In this document: piece by piece, positions 21,837 to 35,329 of the stretch
How positions within the stretch are numbered: the first letter of the stretch is position 1
Layout of the letters: the number at the start of each line of letters is the position of its first letter
From: Paragordius varius
Taxonomy: Eukaryota; Animalia; Nematomorpha
Assembly (NCBI GenBank): GCA_964247055.1
Contig: OZ176056.1
Location: forward strand, 2,232,001 to 2,296,000
Reading direction: 5' to 3'
DNA: 64,000 nucleotides
Made by a program: the position numbers and the translations under genes
The notes under the pieces: generated by a model
What the model was told of the DNA's origin: nothing
Database searches by the model: none
What the model saw: the letters and a program-made list of their open reading frames with translations, nothing else

Positions 21837-24800
21837 CTAGTTATTTTACTAAATATAATTAATTTTCTAATCTAAAATGATAGTTATTATTTATCCCACC
21901 ATTTGTGTGATTATAATAAAATAAAAAAAAGATAATTAAATGTCTTCATAAATAAAATTTTGGTGAATAATATTAATTTGATATTTTATATATCCTTAGT
22001 TCGATAAAATCAATTTTTTTCAGCAAAAAAAGATAATAAATTATCTAACCTGCATATTATGGGGTCATTTTTTTCGCTATAAAATTTTAATAAAAAATTA
22101 TGTGTTTTTGCAAGAGTTGTAGTAATTACTTTTGTGGACAATAATAGCATTAAGCAGGCCTTTCCCACGAACATTCTTAACAATGTCTTTAGGGAGCTTG
22201 TTAAGTTCATTACGTAAAATTCGACCCATTTTCTCAGCATTTTCAGCCAAATTTTCTTCCTCAATAACCTTTTTGTCGGCAAAAATATATTGTAAAAATA
22301 ATATAAAAGTCTAAAATAGCGCATATTAAAATGGCGAAAAAGTATAATATAAATTTTGAATAGTAGCATAGCTATTTCCATTATATTTTCTGTAAAATAA
22401 ACCATATTTAACTATCCATATTCATTAGATGATAAATAATTTAATATCACGATAATTTAGCATCTCAAAAGTTCAAAATATGTCACAAAGGAGACCATAA
22501 AATTTTTTAAATACCACTTCAATTTTGCAGCAAAAAAAACAAACCTTTCATTTCAAAACACTTCTCAAAATTTCAAATAAAAATATTAAGACTTTATTAT
22601 AAAAAGTTGTTTTAGCGATCCAATAGAGGGCATTATATTTGTAAATATGACAATGATATGTAAACACATAGAAAAAAGTCCAAAAATATCCCGAAAAAAA
22701 TCGAAAAACTCTTAAAAATTAAACCTGGTTGGTTCGCTTTAGTTGTAAGCATCATGGAAAAGTATTATCAAAAAAAGACAAAAGCTAATAATATATAAAA
22801 AAACCTATATAACTTTGTAATTTAAAATCATTGTTAGAAAATTAAAGAGATTCCTAATCTAGTCAATTGGTTAACCTACTACATTAAATCGAGGGGAAAA
22901 GTGTCACAATAAATAAATAAAAAAAAACTCAGAAACCTCTAAAAAATGATGAAATTTTCAAAAAACCTCTAAAAAATGACAAAATTCTTCAAAAAACCTC
23001 TAAAAAATCTCGAATTTTTCAAAAACCCCGAAAAAACTACTATTTACCTGCAAAGATGTTTTAGCGATGGCACAACCCAGCGGGTTCCCCCCATACGTAG
23101 AGCCATGTTGCCCGGGCTTAATAGTAAGCATTATGGGGTCATCCGCTAAAACTGCAGAAACCGGATACATTCCTCCACTCAAAGCTTTGCCTAAAAGCAA
23201 AATATCTGGATGTACGGATTCATGATCTACGGCTAAACGCCTATAAAAATTGCCAAAAAAATGATTAAAATTTATTTAAAAGTAATAAGTAGAAAATGAA
23301 TATTAATTTAGGAGAGCAAAATAAAAATGAATATTATTACCACTTGGATACAACACACTCATTTTAGTCCTTCGATTCAAATTGGGGTAGTTGGATACCC
23401 CAGGCCTGTTTAAAATTAAATTCTTTAAATAATATCGAATGAATCGAAACCATGGCAAAATTTTGCACTTATCTAACATTAATAAACCGAAATATATAAA
23501 AAATTTTATTCAAAAATATTTGACTTATTTTAAGCTAAAACCGAAAGGTAAAAATTTCGTCAACGTAACATGTGTCAAATTATAAAATTAAAAAACTAAA
23601 CCGCTTTTTCTATTTCTATCAATGTTAGATGTAATTTATATAGAAAATGAGCTTTAGTTTTACCCTTAATATTAACTAAAAACGATATTTTGCAAAAATT
23701 TTGTAAAGTAAAAATGGCCTCGAAGTAGTTTGAGATGGAGCTTTTTTTTTCAAAACAAAATTTTATTAAGATATTTTAGCTTATTTATATAATGTTTCTC
23801 AGGATAGAAGCATAAATTCAAATTGGAATCGTTTCCTTCAGTAGTTTTTTAAGAAATATTAATTTAAATTTAGTCTGGGCTATTTAGATACCCCAATTTG
23901 AATCGAAGTGTTAATGAAAATCAAAAAAAATGAAAGGGGGGCCATGGTGCACGAGTAAGCATTATCATATGTCCATTAAATAATAATTTTTTTACTATTA
24001 TTTACTAATGAAAGCAAAGAATATTAGGAAGTAGTATGGGATATAACATTTCCTTTCCTTTTTTTTCGTTGACTAATAATAAAAAATAATTATTATTTAA
24101 TGAGCATAGTAATGCTTACTCGTGCACCTTGGGGCCCTTTGTTTCTTTTTTATTTTCACTATTATACAATTTTTTACTCTTAATATTGATTTATTTATTT
24201 ATTACAAATATTATTTTATTTAATCCTATATATGTTATATAATTGTAAAAAAAATGATTAAATTTATTTAAAAGTAACAAGGAGATAATGAAATTATAAC
24301 ATAAAATGTAAAAAGGAGTAAATAACAAATATAGACTAGACAGCCAGCCACACTTTAAACCTTGCTTTTAAAATTTAATTTATTTTTTAGTTAAAACTTC
24401 CCAGTTCGAGCCAGACTTATTGAAATTTCGTCAGCTATAAAAAAGAGATTTATCTGCAAAAACAATTTTTTGACTTTATTCATTTTTATTATATAAAAAG
24501 TTTAAAATTCAAAAGTTTTAAACTTGCTAGTTCGCAAGCTAGACCATTTTGAATTTTGTTCTGCAGTAAAACAATTTTTAGCGTATGTATTTCAATATTT
24601 CTTTGCCTTTAAAAATATTTTTGCAGCTTTTACGTTATATTTTAAAACAATTGCTAGCGTTTAAATCATTTTTTAGATTTTAAAAGTTTTAAACTTTCTT
24701 TCTAGTAAGTTAGATCAATTTAGAATTTGTTCGCGAAAAAAACCATTTTTATTTTTCTGCCTTTAAAAATATTTTTTCAACTTTTAACGTGCATTTTAAA

Positions 24801-27800
24801 ACAATTGCTAGTGTTTAAACCATTTTTTAGAGAAAGAGACATTATAAAAGTTTCAAACTTTCCCGTCCGAGCCAGTCCAATTTGAATTTTGTTCGTACAA
24901 AAGACCAATTTTAACGAATGTATATTTAACCATTTTTTATCAATATTTCTAACCTGGCTTTAAAAATATTTTTGCAGTTTTATACGTATATTTTAAAACG
25001 ATTGCTAGCGTTTAAACCATTTTTTAGAGAAAGAGACATTATAAAAAGTTTTAAACTTTTTAGTTCGCAAGCTAGACCATTTTAAATTTTGTTCTGCAGT
25101 AAAACAATTTTTAGCGTATGTAGTTCAATATTTCTCTGCCTTTATCAATATTTCTGGATTTTATAAAACTTTTAACGTATATTTTAAAACAATTGCTAGC
25201 GTTTTAAACCATTTTTTAGAGCAAGAGACATTATAAAAGTTTTAAAACCTTCCCGTCCGAGCCAGTCCAGTTTGAATTTTGTTCGCACATAAGACCAATT
25301 TTTAGCGTATATATTTAACCATTTTTATGAATATTTCTCTGTCTTAAAAATATTTTTGTAGCTTTATAAAACTTTTAACTTACATTTTAAAACAATTGCT
25401 AGCGTTTAAACCATTTTTTAGATTTTAAAAGTTTTAAACTTTCTTTCGAATTCGCAAGCTAGATTGTGAATTTTGTTCTGCAAAAACCCAATTTTTAGCG
25501 TATGTATTTGATCATTTTTTCATGAATATTTCTCTGCCTTTATCAATATTTCTGGCTTTTATAAAACTTTTAACCGTATATTTAAAACAATTGCTAGCGT
25601 TTAAACCATCTTTTAATATTAAAGTTTAAAATTCAAAAATTTTAAACTTTTTAGTTCGCAAGCTGGACCATTTTAAATTTTGTTCGCGCAAACAAAAACC
25701 AATTTTTAGCGTTTGTATTTAACCATTGTTTATCAATATTTCTTTCTGCCTTTAAAAATATTTTTCAGCTTTTAACGTATATTTTAAACAATTGCTAGCG
25801 TTTAAACCATCTTTTAATATTAAAGTTTAAAATTCAAAAGATTTTAACTTTTTAGTTCGCAAGCTGGACGATTTTAAATTTTGTTCGCGCAAACAAAAAC
25901 CAATTTTTAGCGTTTGTATTTAACCATTGTTTATCAATATTTCTTTCTGCCTTTAAAAATATTTTTCAGCTTTTAACGTATATATATTTTAAAACAATTA
26001 CTAGCGTTCAAACAATTTTTCTTTTAAAAGTTTTCTTGCTAGTTCGCAAGCTAGACCATTTTGAATTTTGTTCACGTAAAAAACAAATTTTTAGCGTAGG
26101 TATTTAACTATTTTTTATCAATATTTCTCTGTCTATCAATATTTCTGGCTTTTATAAATTAACGTACATTTTAACACAGATGCTAGCGTTTAAACCATTT
26201 TTGGATTTAAAAAGTTTAAACCTTTCTAGTCTAAGCTAGACCAATTTGAGTTTCGTTCGCACAAAAAACCAATTTTTAGCGTATGTATTTCAATATTTTT
26301 CTGCCTTTAAAAATATTTTTTTCAACCTTTAACGTATATATTAAAACAATTGCTAGCTAGCGTTTAAACCATTTTTAAGATTTTAAAATTTTTAACTTTC
26401 CGGTTCGAGCCAGTCCAGTTTGAATTTCGTCTGCTATAAAAAGGACATTATTTCTTGTGCAGACATCCCTCACGCCTTGCAAATAACCCGGGGAAGGGAC
26501 ACGTACCCCGGCTTCTCCTTGAATCGGTTCCACCATAAAAGCACAAACACGTGATCCAAATTCTTTACAAGCATTCTGTGTGAGCGCATATATACAGTAA
26601 ATAATTCCATGAGAATTTTAATAATCACAGATATTAATTATTTAATAATTTGATTGACATGTACTTTTCTGATATTTGTGTAAATAATAAAAACTTTGCC
26701 ACAACTAGTATGTAACTAAGTTTGTGTGTGATAGAAAAAAAATTAGCATAAAAACAAAATTGTTCTTTTTATTATTTTAATGGTAGATTCTGGAATATAT
26801 ACCATCAAATTCACCCTTGAACAACACAAATTCACCCTTAAACAATTCGAATTTACCCTTGAGTAATTCAAATTCACCCTTAAACGATTCAAATTCACCC
26901 TAAAAATAAATTATGTGTTTTCGGGCTTAAATAACTCATTATTAATATGAAATACAACTTTATAGCCTAGTTTATTATTTTTAAATCTTATATTTATTTT
27001 AAGAGTAATTTATTTTTTATAAATATAAATAAATATAGGTATTTTTAATCTTAAAAAAGACAAAATTTATTTTAGGATGAAGTTAAATTGTTCGAGGGTG
27101 AATTTGAAGCGTATATGGAATATTATTAATCAATTTTAAATTTGTTCATTATTATGGAAAAGGGTTCAGTGTAAAAATAAAAATAGTTTTTATATTTTGT
27201 CCTTATGATTTAATATACCAAATATTACGTCGACAAAAACCTTTAAACTTGAAAACTATCTAGAGGGTATAAACTTGTAACCAGTGATAAAAACCTAACT
27301 TACATCATACATTATACCACATTATCTCATCTTCTTTAAATTTTAACCTAATATAAAAATTTTCCAAAAATTAAATCAAATCTGTAACTCAAATTTCACC
27401 ATATTTAAACCAACCAAATTATAAGCAAATTCAAAAAAACCTCTAGAGCCTGAATACTATCATAGGGTATGAGTTTAAACCCAGGCATAAAAGGTCCAAA
27501 ATCGCCGTAACATTCAGGATCTGAAGAACTGCTTACTGCAGCCAGGGTTCGACCCCAAAAATTACCCTCGGCAAAAAGGACGATGGCTTCATCGTGTGGA
27601 ACACCTATGATAGCGAAAAAATATAATCCATATTTATAAATTTTAAAATGTTACATGCTAAAAAAATTTTTTCTTTTTTTTAAATATTTAAATTTTTTAC
27701 TATCAAAATATGAATTTTTAGGTAAAAAATTGCTTTAAAATGTCAAAAATTGCTTTAAAAAGTCAAAAATTGCTTTAGAATGTCAATTGTTTAGAATTAA

Positions 27801-30020
27801 TTTAGATATATTCCTTTTAATTTTTTGTGATCATTTATTTATCAGAAAGATATATATATAGGATAAAAATTAGTACAAATATAGATATCTAAATAATATA
27901 ATTTTTATGGACTAAAGTTTTTTAAAAATTTCATTAAAATGTCAAAAATTGCTTTAAAATGTCAAAAATTGCTTTAAAATGTCAAATATTCCTTTTAGTT
28001 TTTTGTGATTATTAATTTATCAGAAAAATATATATAGGGTTAAAAATACTACAAATAAAGATGTCTGAATAATATAATTGTTATACCTAAATCGTTTTGT
28101 TAAATATATTTAAAATCTATTATGTAACGTATAAAATAAAAATATTTTTTGTTAATCATTTATATCACATACAATTAATCAAAATTTTAATCGTAAAACA
28201 CGCAATTATTAATGCCAAAATTTGTAACACATATGCCAAACTTAAATTCCAATCTCTCTTATTATTAAATCACTGTTTAATTCAATTTAATAAATTCAAA
28301 CCCAAAATATAAAATAAAACTTTATTTTTCTTAAAGCCTAAAATTTTTTACCTTTAACTGTATAAGCCCATTTTCTTGCAAGTTTAATTGCAGTTTCTCC
28401 GGCTTCCACACCTATCAAATCAAAAATTAGGTTAATGTAAAAAAATGTTTTCGCTCAAAAAATATAATAGCACACCTTTTTAAAATATATAAACTTTTCA
28501 ATTAAAATTAAATTAATATGTACAAAATCAAAACGCTCTAAAAATAGACCGATAATTTTTTTATTAATCTTATTTCGATTTATACAAAAGATATTCAAAG
28601 AATTTAATACTATAAAATTTAAAACATTTCAAATTTTAAATTAGAAGCATTAATACATAAACTTTAAAAAGTTTAATATCATATTTAATACAGGGCTTTA
28701 GATTTATGACAAAATCGGATTAGCTTTATATGAAAACTATTGAATAAGTATTTTCTAATATATAATTTTATGGTTTATAAAAAAATGATAATAAAAAAAT
28801 ACATTAGTATATATAAGTAACTTATTGGCACAAAGTTAAGCACTGTAAAAGGTTTTTTTTCATTAACAAAAGCTTAAATGGTGCCAATTTTTAAGTCAAT
28901 GAATACAAAAGTGTTAGAAAATAGCGTAAAGAGCTTAAATAGTAATTTAAAAGTACTTAATTAAGATTTTTTCTTAATTGCGTAAGAATTAATATATATA
29001 TATATATATATATAATCTATTTCTATAAAATGACCTTAAATATAACATTTAGTTTAAAAGTATTAAATCAAGATGTTATATTGCAATTAAAAATTAATAG
29101 TTAACCGTAATTCTATACATTGCTTACATTTGAAAGGGTGTTAGATTATTTTGGAATGACAATTTTTTAATGCCTTAATCAAATTAGGACAAATTTTATA
29201 AGCTAACTCAAACTTTTAAAACACAAGAGATTTTGACTTTTTAAATTAACATTTGTTCAAGTTTTTTTTTGTAAAATACTAATCCAAACCTGTATTCATG
29301 GGTAAGACTTTATCATAACCAAAGAGTTTTGTAATGTATTCCTCATAATCGCCCAAAATATTGTTGTGAAAGGCTCGAGAAGTTAACGCTAAAATTTCCG
29401 ATTGCTTTTGCAGAGTAGCAACAATTTTGGGGTGACAATGGCCTTGATTAACTGCACTGTAGGAGCTAAGGAAATCCAAGTATTGCTTATCATCCACATC
29501 CCAAACATAAACGCCTGTTAAAAAAATTGAGAAAAAATCAATTTTATTGCTTTAAAACTTTTTGATTTTACATTCATATAAAAAACTAATGTGGAATGAT
29601 TTGAAATATATAATTTAATTGTGTTAATCGCTATTCAAATTTTATTCAAAAGATAATATATTAAGGTTAAAACGTGGTTTTCCCTATAAGATATTTATCT
29701 TTTTATGGTTTGTTTTTTTAAAATTAAATTTTACGGATATTAAAATTATATATTAATAATCTAAAACACATTAACAGAGATTAAAATAAATGCTAACCTT
29801 TTCCCCTTTTAATTGCAACTGGGATAGGATGATAATTGTGTGCACCATACTTATCTTCCTTATTTAATATTGCTTGGGTTTTAGGACTCAATTCCAAATG
29901 AGATTTATGTTCATCCTCGTTAGGTTTCAATCGTTGCGAAGTTTGATTGCCTAACCCACGAATTATATTAGTGGATAATTCTCTTGTGGATGGATAGATT
30001 TTACAAATATTTTTAATCAT
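21504..30020 (-). CDS. OAT: Ornithine aminotransferase, mitochondrial (class III PLP-dependent aminotransferase)
   Basis: Exons (-) 30020-29798, 29514-29290, 28411-28352, 27604-27441, 26575-26397, 23240-23048, 22268-22130, 21667-21504 in frame. Motifs [76 protein letters not shown] (PLP lysine), [33 protein letters not shown]. Confidence 0.97.
22925..23040. repeat. ~30-bp minisatellite (about 4 units) starting a few bases into OAT intron 6
   Basis: AAAAAACCTCTAAAAAATGA(T/C)(G/A)AAATT(T/C)TTC repeated; the donor is at 23047. Confidence 0.8.
23341..23910. mobile_element. piggyBac-like non-autonomous element (TTAA MITE), 570 bp
   Basis: Termini CACTTGGATAC ... GAATCGAAGTG|TTAA; ~33-bp internal inverted repeat set ~30 bp from one end and 3 bp from the other; left flank TTAC (mutated TTAA). 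Confidence 0.8.
23936..24137. mobile_element. Foldback MITE, ~200 bp, GGG...CCC termini (possibly PIF/Harbinger-like)
   Basis: ~55-bp inverted arms GG(G)CCATGGTGCACGAGTAAGCATTA...ATTAAATAATAAT and ATTATTATTTAATGAGCATAGTAATGCTTACTCGTGCACCTTGGGGCCC. TSD not recognisable. Confidence 0.7.
24360..26445 (-). repeat. Tandem array (~11 units, 150-205 bp) whose unit is the 3' end of OAT exon 5, its donor site and the first ~150 nt of intron 5
   Basis: Marker GCTAGCGTTTAAA at ~24653, 24806, 25001, 25194, 25397, 25593, 25793, 25999, 26180, 26355. Copies at ~24400, 24861 and 25252 still read (minus strand) like [13 protein letters not shown] plus GT. Confidence 0.92.
26798..27115. mobile_element. MITE with 21-bp subterminal repeats (AAATTCACCCT family)
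   Basis: Ends TATACCAT... / ...GTATA; 4-5 tandem AAATTCACCCTT(G/A)AACAATTC units on the left and inverted AGGGTGAATTTGAA on the right. Confidence 0.75.
27720..28090. repeat. 20-bp minisatellite inside a ~200-bp tandem duplication (OAT intron 3)
   Basis: AAAAATTGCTTTAAAATGTC x3 at ~27725 and x2-3 at ~27940; downstream TTCCTTTT...TTTTGTGAT..ATCAGAAA..ATATATA repeated. Confidence 0.7.
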
Positions 30021-30191
30021 TATGGAAAAAAATTGGTTAAACAATAAAAATTAACATATGACGCAATATTGCGTTTCTAACTTGTTAAATTTTATGCATG
30101 GTGGATAAATATTTACATATCTATAATTATAAAATTTAACATATTATATCGTTGTTTAAACACTTAATGCATAAATTTTTAATAGCATTAA

Positions 30192-31780
30192 CACTTGGAT
30201 ACAACACACTCATTTTAGTCCTTCGATTCAAATTGGGGTAGTTAGATACCCCAAGTCTGTTTAAAATCAAATACTTTAAAAAATATGGAAATCGAAACCA
30301 TGGCAAAATTTTGCACTTATATAACATAAATAAATCTAAATTTAAAAAAATTTTTAATCAAAAATATTTGATATTAAATATTTTAAGCTAAAACCTAAAG
30401 GTAAAAATTTCGTCAACGTGACATGTGTCAAATGGTAAAATTAAAAATAATACAAAATAAACCGCTTTTTCTATTTCTATCAATGTTAGATGTATTTTTT
30501 ATTAAAATTTAGCTTTAGTTTTACCCTTAAAATTAAATGAAGACGATATTTTGCAAAAAATTTTAAAATAAAAATGGCGTCGAAGTAGTTTGAGATTAAA
30601 CTTTTTTTCAAAACAAAATTTTATCAAAATATTTTGGCATATTTATATAATTTTCATCAGGATAGATGCATAAATTTAAATTTGGACCGTTTCCTTCAGT
30701 AGTTTTTTAAAAATCCCAACTTTAATATAGTCTGGGGTATTTAGATACCCCAATTTGAATCGAAGTGTTAACTTGTTAACACTTGGATACAAAACATTCA
30801 TTTTAGTGTTTCGATTCAAATTAGGGTAGTTAAATAACCCAGGCATGTTATAAATTAAATTCTTTAAAATATATGGAAGGAATCAAAAGCATGGCAAAAT
30901 TTTGCACTTATATAACATTAAGAAAACTTAATTTATAAAAAATATATTCAAATATGCTTTATAATTATTTTAAGCTAAAACCGAATGGTAAAAATTTAGT
31001 CAACGTGACATTTATGAAATGGTGAACTTAAAAAATAATAAAAAATAAACAGCTTTTTCTATTTCCATCAATGTTAGAATGTCGTTTAAATAAAAAATTA
31101 GCTTTAATTTTACCCTTAAAATTAAATGACAATATTTTGCAAAAATTTTGTAAATTAAAAATAGCGTCAGAGTAGTTTGACATGGAACTTTTTTTCAAAA
31201 CAAAATTTTATTTAGATATTATAGCATATTTATATAATTTTTATTAAGATTGTAGCATAAATTTAAATTGGGACAGTTTTCTTCAGCAGTTTTTAAACTA
31301 TCTCAAATTTAGTATGGGGTATTTAGATACCCCAATTTGAATCGAAGTGTTAATAAAACGTAATATATAAATTTTTTTATTCAAAAATGCTTGATATTAT
31401 TTATTTTAATCTAAACCGAAGGGTAAAAATTTAGTCAACGCGAAATGTGTGCGATGGTAAAATTAAAAAATAATCCAAAATAAACCGTTCCAATTTCTAT
31501 CAATATTAGATGTAATTTAAATAGGAAATTAGCTTTTATTTACCCTCAAAATTAAATGAAGACGATAGTTTGCAAAAATTTTGTCGAATAAAAATGGCGT
31601 CAAAGTAGTTTGAAATGGAACTTTTTTTTAAAATAAAATTTTATTTAGATATTTTGGCATATTTATATAAATTTTATTTGAATGCATAAATTTAAATTGT
31701 TACCGTTTCCTTCAGTAGTTTTTTGAAATTCTAACCTAAATTTACTGGGGTATTTAGATACCCCTATTTGAATTGAAGTG
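30192..31780. mobile_element. Cluster of piggyBac-like TTAA MITEs: two full copies (30192-30767, 30780-31349) plus a 5'-truncated copy (31350-31780)
   Basis: Each full copy reads TTAA|CACTTGGATAC ... GAATCGAAGTG|TTAA; the two are separated only by TTAACTTGTTAA; the third segment resumes at the element's internal TTAA. Lies ~170 bp upstream of the OAT ATG. Confidence 0.9.
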
Positions 31781-32106
31781 TTAAATTTTATGCATTCTTT
31801 TTAATTTACATACTATAATAAAATTATTAATATATTATTGTTATTTAACAATTTAATTCCTAAATATTGAATATTAATATTATTAATCCCAGGAAATTTT
31901 GGAATGGAACTATACTTTTATAACACTTTATTACCTTATTAATCTTATAAAAGTAAGGATCCGAGTTTTATAATATACATATATGTCAGGAGCCATCACA
32001 AATGCATTGTAAAGCCATGCATGTGTCGACTCTGACGAAATTGCCAGTCATTGTGAGAGAATGACAATTTGATAGCTATTTATTGGAACCGCTGTATAAA
32101 GTATAT

Positions 32107-35090
32107 CAGTGGTACTCAAACCGCGGCCCGCGGGCCATATGCGGCTTTAAGAGTGCTAAATTGCCCTATGACCATATTGATATTTAAATTATTTTTTTAT
32201 TGATGAATTTTTAAAATCACATTAATGAATTTTCGCTTTTTTAATATTAATTTATTTTCTTTAAATTTAATTTTGGTACTTTTTATTTTTTACCCAATTT
32301 GAGATGTAAATAAATTTCCCTACATTAAAATGATTTCAAAATTTTGGCACATGTTGTTTCTGTTTCTATATTCTACTTTCTTTATTATTATGAAATATTT
32401 ATTGCAGTCCTTTGTTGTATTTAAGCAAGCCTTTCATCCAAACTTGCATATACATATTCTTTTGATTGCTATCCTCCATTATTTATAACTCATTCCCATA
32501 AAATATTTTTCAAATCAACATAATTAAATTTCGACCTGTTTTTTATAGCATAATTCAAATTACATTCCTATTTTTTTGAAAAAATTTACATAATATTTAA
32601 ACATAAATTTAAAGGATGACATATAAATGCTAAAAACCGTAAATTATCCGATGAATTGCTTCTTTAACACTTCGATTCAAAATGGGTTATCTAAATACCC
32701 CAGACTTGAAATTAGTATTTTAAAAAAATTTTGAAGAAAACGGTCCCAATCTAAATTTATGCTTCTATCCCTATAAAAATTATATACAAAAGCCAAAATA
32801 TCTAAATAAAATTTCGTTTTGAAAAAAAATTCCATGTCAAACTACTTGGACGCCATTTTTTTGGAAAATTTTGCAAAATATCGTCTTCATGTATTTAAAA
32901 GGTAAAATTTTAAAACTATTTTTTATTTAAATTAAATCTAACATTGCTAGAAATAATAAATGTGGTTTATTTTGTATTATTTTAAAATTTAATAATTGCA
33001 GATATGTCACGTTGACTAAATTTATACGTTTGGGTTTTAGCTTTGAATAAGTAATATCAAGTATTTTAAAATAAATTTTTTTATATATTTCGGTTATTAA
33101 TGTTATATAAGTGCAAAATTTTGCCATGGCTTTGATTCATTCCATATTTTTTAAAGAATTAAATTTTAAACAGGCCTGGGGTATCCAACTACAATCGAAG
33201 GACTAAAATTAATGTGTTGTATCCAAGTGTTAAAAAAGAATGGGAAGAAAAATTTTTGTCGTTTTAAATAAAAATGCCTTATATGTAAGGGACAATATAT
33301 TTAAAAAATGAAAGACATTTACAACCCATCATTTTCATGAATTACCAGAAAATTTTAAGGAAAACGAAAAATATAAAAAGATTAAGGAATTATACCAGAA
33401 AGAAAAATCTATCATGCCCATAGGCTGTTACATTAGCTTTGTATGAAATTTGCTATATTTTAAAAAACTATGAAACCGTTTACTGATTTCCAACTAATAA
33501 AAGCAAGTCTAAGTGGTTGCACTTTTTTATTTGATAAATTCCATAATAAAGATCAAATCATGAGGCAAATAATAAACTTAAACTCTCTGATTCAGCATGT
33601 GCTCAGCGTAAAGATATGTCTAAATATATTTTTAACAATACATTATTAACTCTAAATAACTGCAAATAGTTTAGTATTGCTATTGATTCCAACACTGATA
33701 TAAGTTCAAATGTGCGCTCCTCGTGAGATTTTGCAACGACAACATAATCAACGAGGAATATTTAAAGTTTTTACCAATGAATAATACCACGAAAGGAAGT
33801 GGTATTCTCGAGATAATTAGCACTTTTTTCGATAATAGTGAAATTTCTATGAAAAAATTGGTTTCGATCTGCACAGATGGCTGTCTCTCTATGATTGGAA
33901 TACAGAAGTTTTTTATTCCTCTTTTGAAAAACAAATATAATTTGCAAAATATTTTATCCTTTCACTGCTTTATTCATCAGCAAAACTTCATTTCGCGTGT
34001 AAATGATGAATCACTCAATTAAGTAATTAAAACGGCTGTCGATATAGTTAACCACATCCGTGTGACAGAGAATTCCACCGCCGTAAATTAAGAAACCACT
34101 TGAAAGATATCCATTTAGATGATATTCTTTTGTACAACGCTGTGAGATGGTCAAGCCTTAGCAAAGTATCAAATAGATTTTTTGTTTTAAGACATGTAAT
34201 TATAAAAGATAACAAAAAGTTTGACGAGGAAATTAATAGTGACAAATGGTGGGTTTTATTTTATGTGTAAACTTAGTATTTTTTAATACAAGTTTTCAAG
34301 GGAGAAAAATAATAACCATAATCAAATATTTGCTTTTGAGGAAAAATTAATAATATCTACATGATTTTATAAAAAAAACACTCCTATATCTAACACTTGA
34401 AACGATATGAAATTTACCGCGGAGTTTAATTTAATAATAGACAATTATTTAATGAGATGAATAATAGATTTGAAGAATTAAGAGAATTAAAAATTGCTTT
34501 AAAATCATTAAATATCCTTGTCATATAGATATATCCAATATTAAGCAACTTGAGCATTTCGGTTTTGATCAGGCGCATATTATTGAAGAATTAATAGATT
34601 TTATAAATAATTCCAATTTGTATATAAGGATTAGAGAAGAAAGATATGTAGAGTTTTGGAAAGTTGTGCCAAATAATGAAAATATAAAAAATGTGCTCAA
34701 GTTATCGTGACTGTTTTTCTTTCAGCTTACACGTGTGAGACGGCATATTCAAAAATGAAGTATGTCAAGAATGCACTCAGAAATTGCTTAACCAATGACC
34801 ATATGAATGACGTATTAGGATTGGCCTGTTATGAAAAGAAACCAAATTTGTCAAAATATATTGGTTAATATCAAAATAAATGCTGTTATCAAAATATTTT
34901 AATTTTTTAAAAAAATGGTGAAAAACGAGTTTTTATTTGGATAAACATGCGATCCGCAAAAATTATTGTGCTGATTTAGAGTATAAATATGTGCATATGT
35001 GTCAACTTGGGAATATTTTCCATTATAAATGGCCCTCGAAAAAATATACATTTTATTTGGCCCGTCAATTTTTTTTGGTGAGTACCACTG
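32107..35090 (+). mobile_element. Decayed hAT (Buster-type) transposon, second copy of the 11844-13679 family
   Basis: TIR CAGTGGTACTCA ... TGAGTACCACTG; flanks AAGTATAT / TTTTATAT (central TA). Remnants ICTDGCLSMIG, FHCFIHQQ and YTCETAYSKMKYVKN. Confidence 0.9.
32668..33229. mobile_element. piggyBac-like TTAA MITE (reverse orientation) inserted in the hAT copy
   Basis: TTAA|CACTTCGATTC ... GTATCCAAGTG|TTAA. The homologous position in the 11844-13679 copy (CTCCTTTAAAAAAGAA at ~12388) has a single TTAA, so the TSD is proven by an empty site. Confidence 0.92.
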
Positions 35091-35329
35091 TTTTATATTT
35101 TAGAATTTGGCGGAGTGTCAAAGTGGTACTTATACCATTGCAAGAACCTAGTTAAAAGTAGACTGAGATAAGGCGCATAGGGCAAAGTGTTATTTTGCCG
35201 ATTTTGAAATGTCTCCTAAATTACCCCATACCGCTGTTCATACTATAACGTGTTATAATATATATTTTCGGTTAAAAACATCAGGATTCTCATGGTGGCG
35301 TTGGTTTTAGGCACGATTTATTTAACAAT

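Noticed and set aside
17580-26445. Regular repeats that could be mistaken for CRISPR arrays
   Set aside because: Whole units are homologous with no unique spacers, they lie in eukaryotic introns, and no cas genes are present.
22925-27450. Minisatellite motif TAGAGGTTTTTTGA equals the OAT exon-4 donor context
   Set aside because: A 14-nt low-complexity match 4.4 kb away is plausible by chance in this composition.
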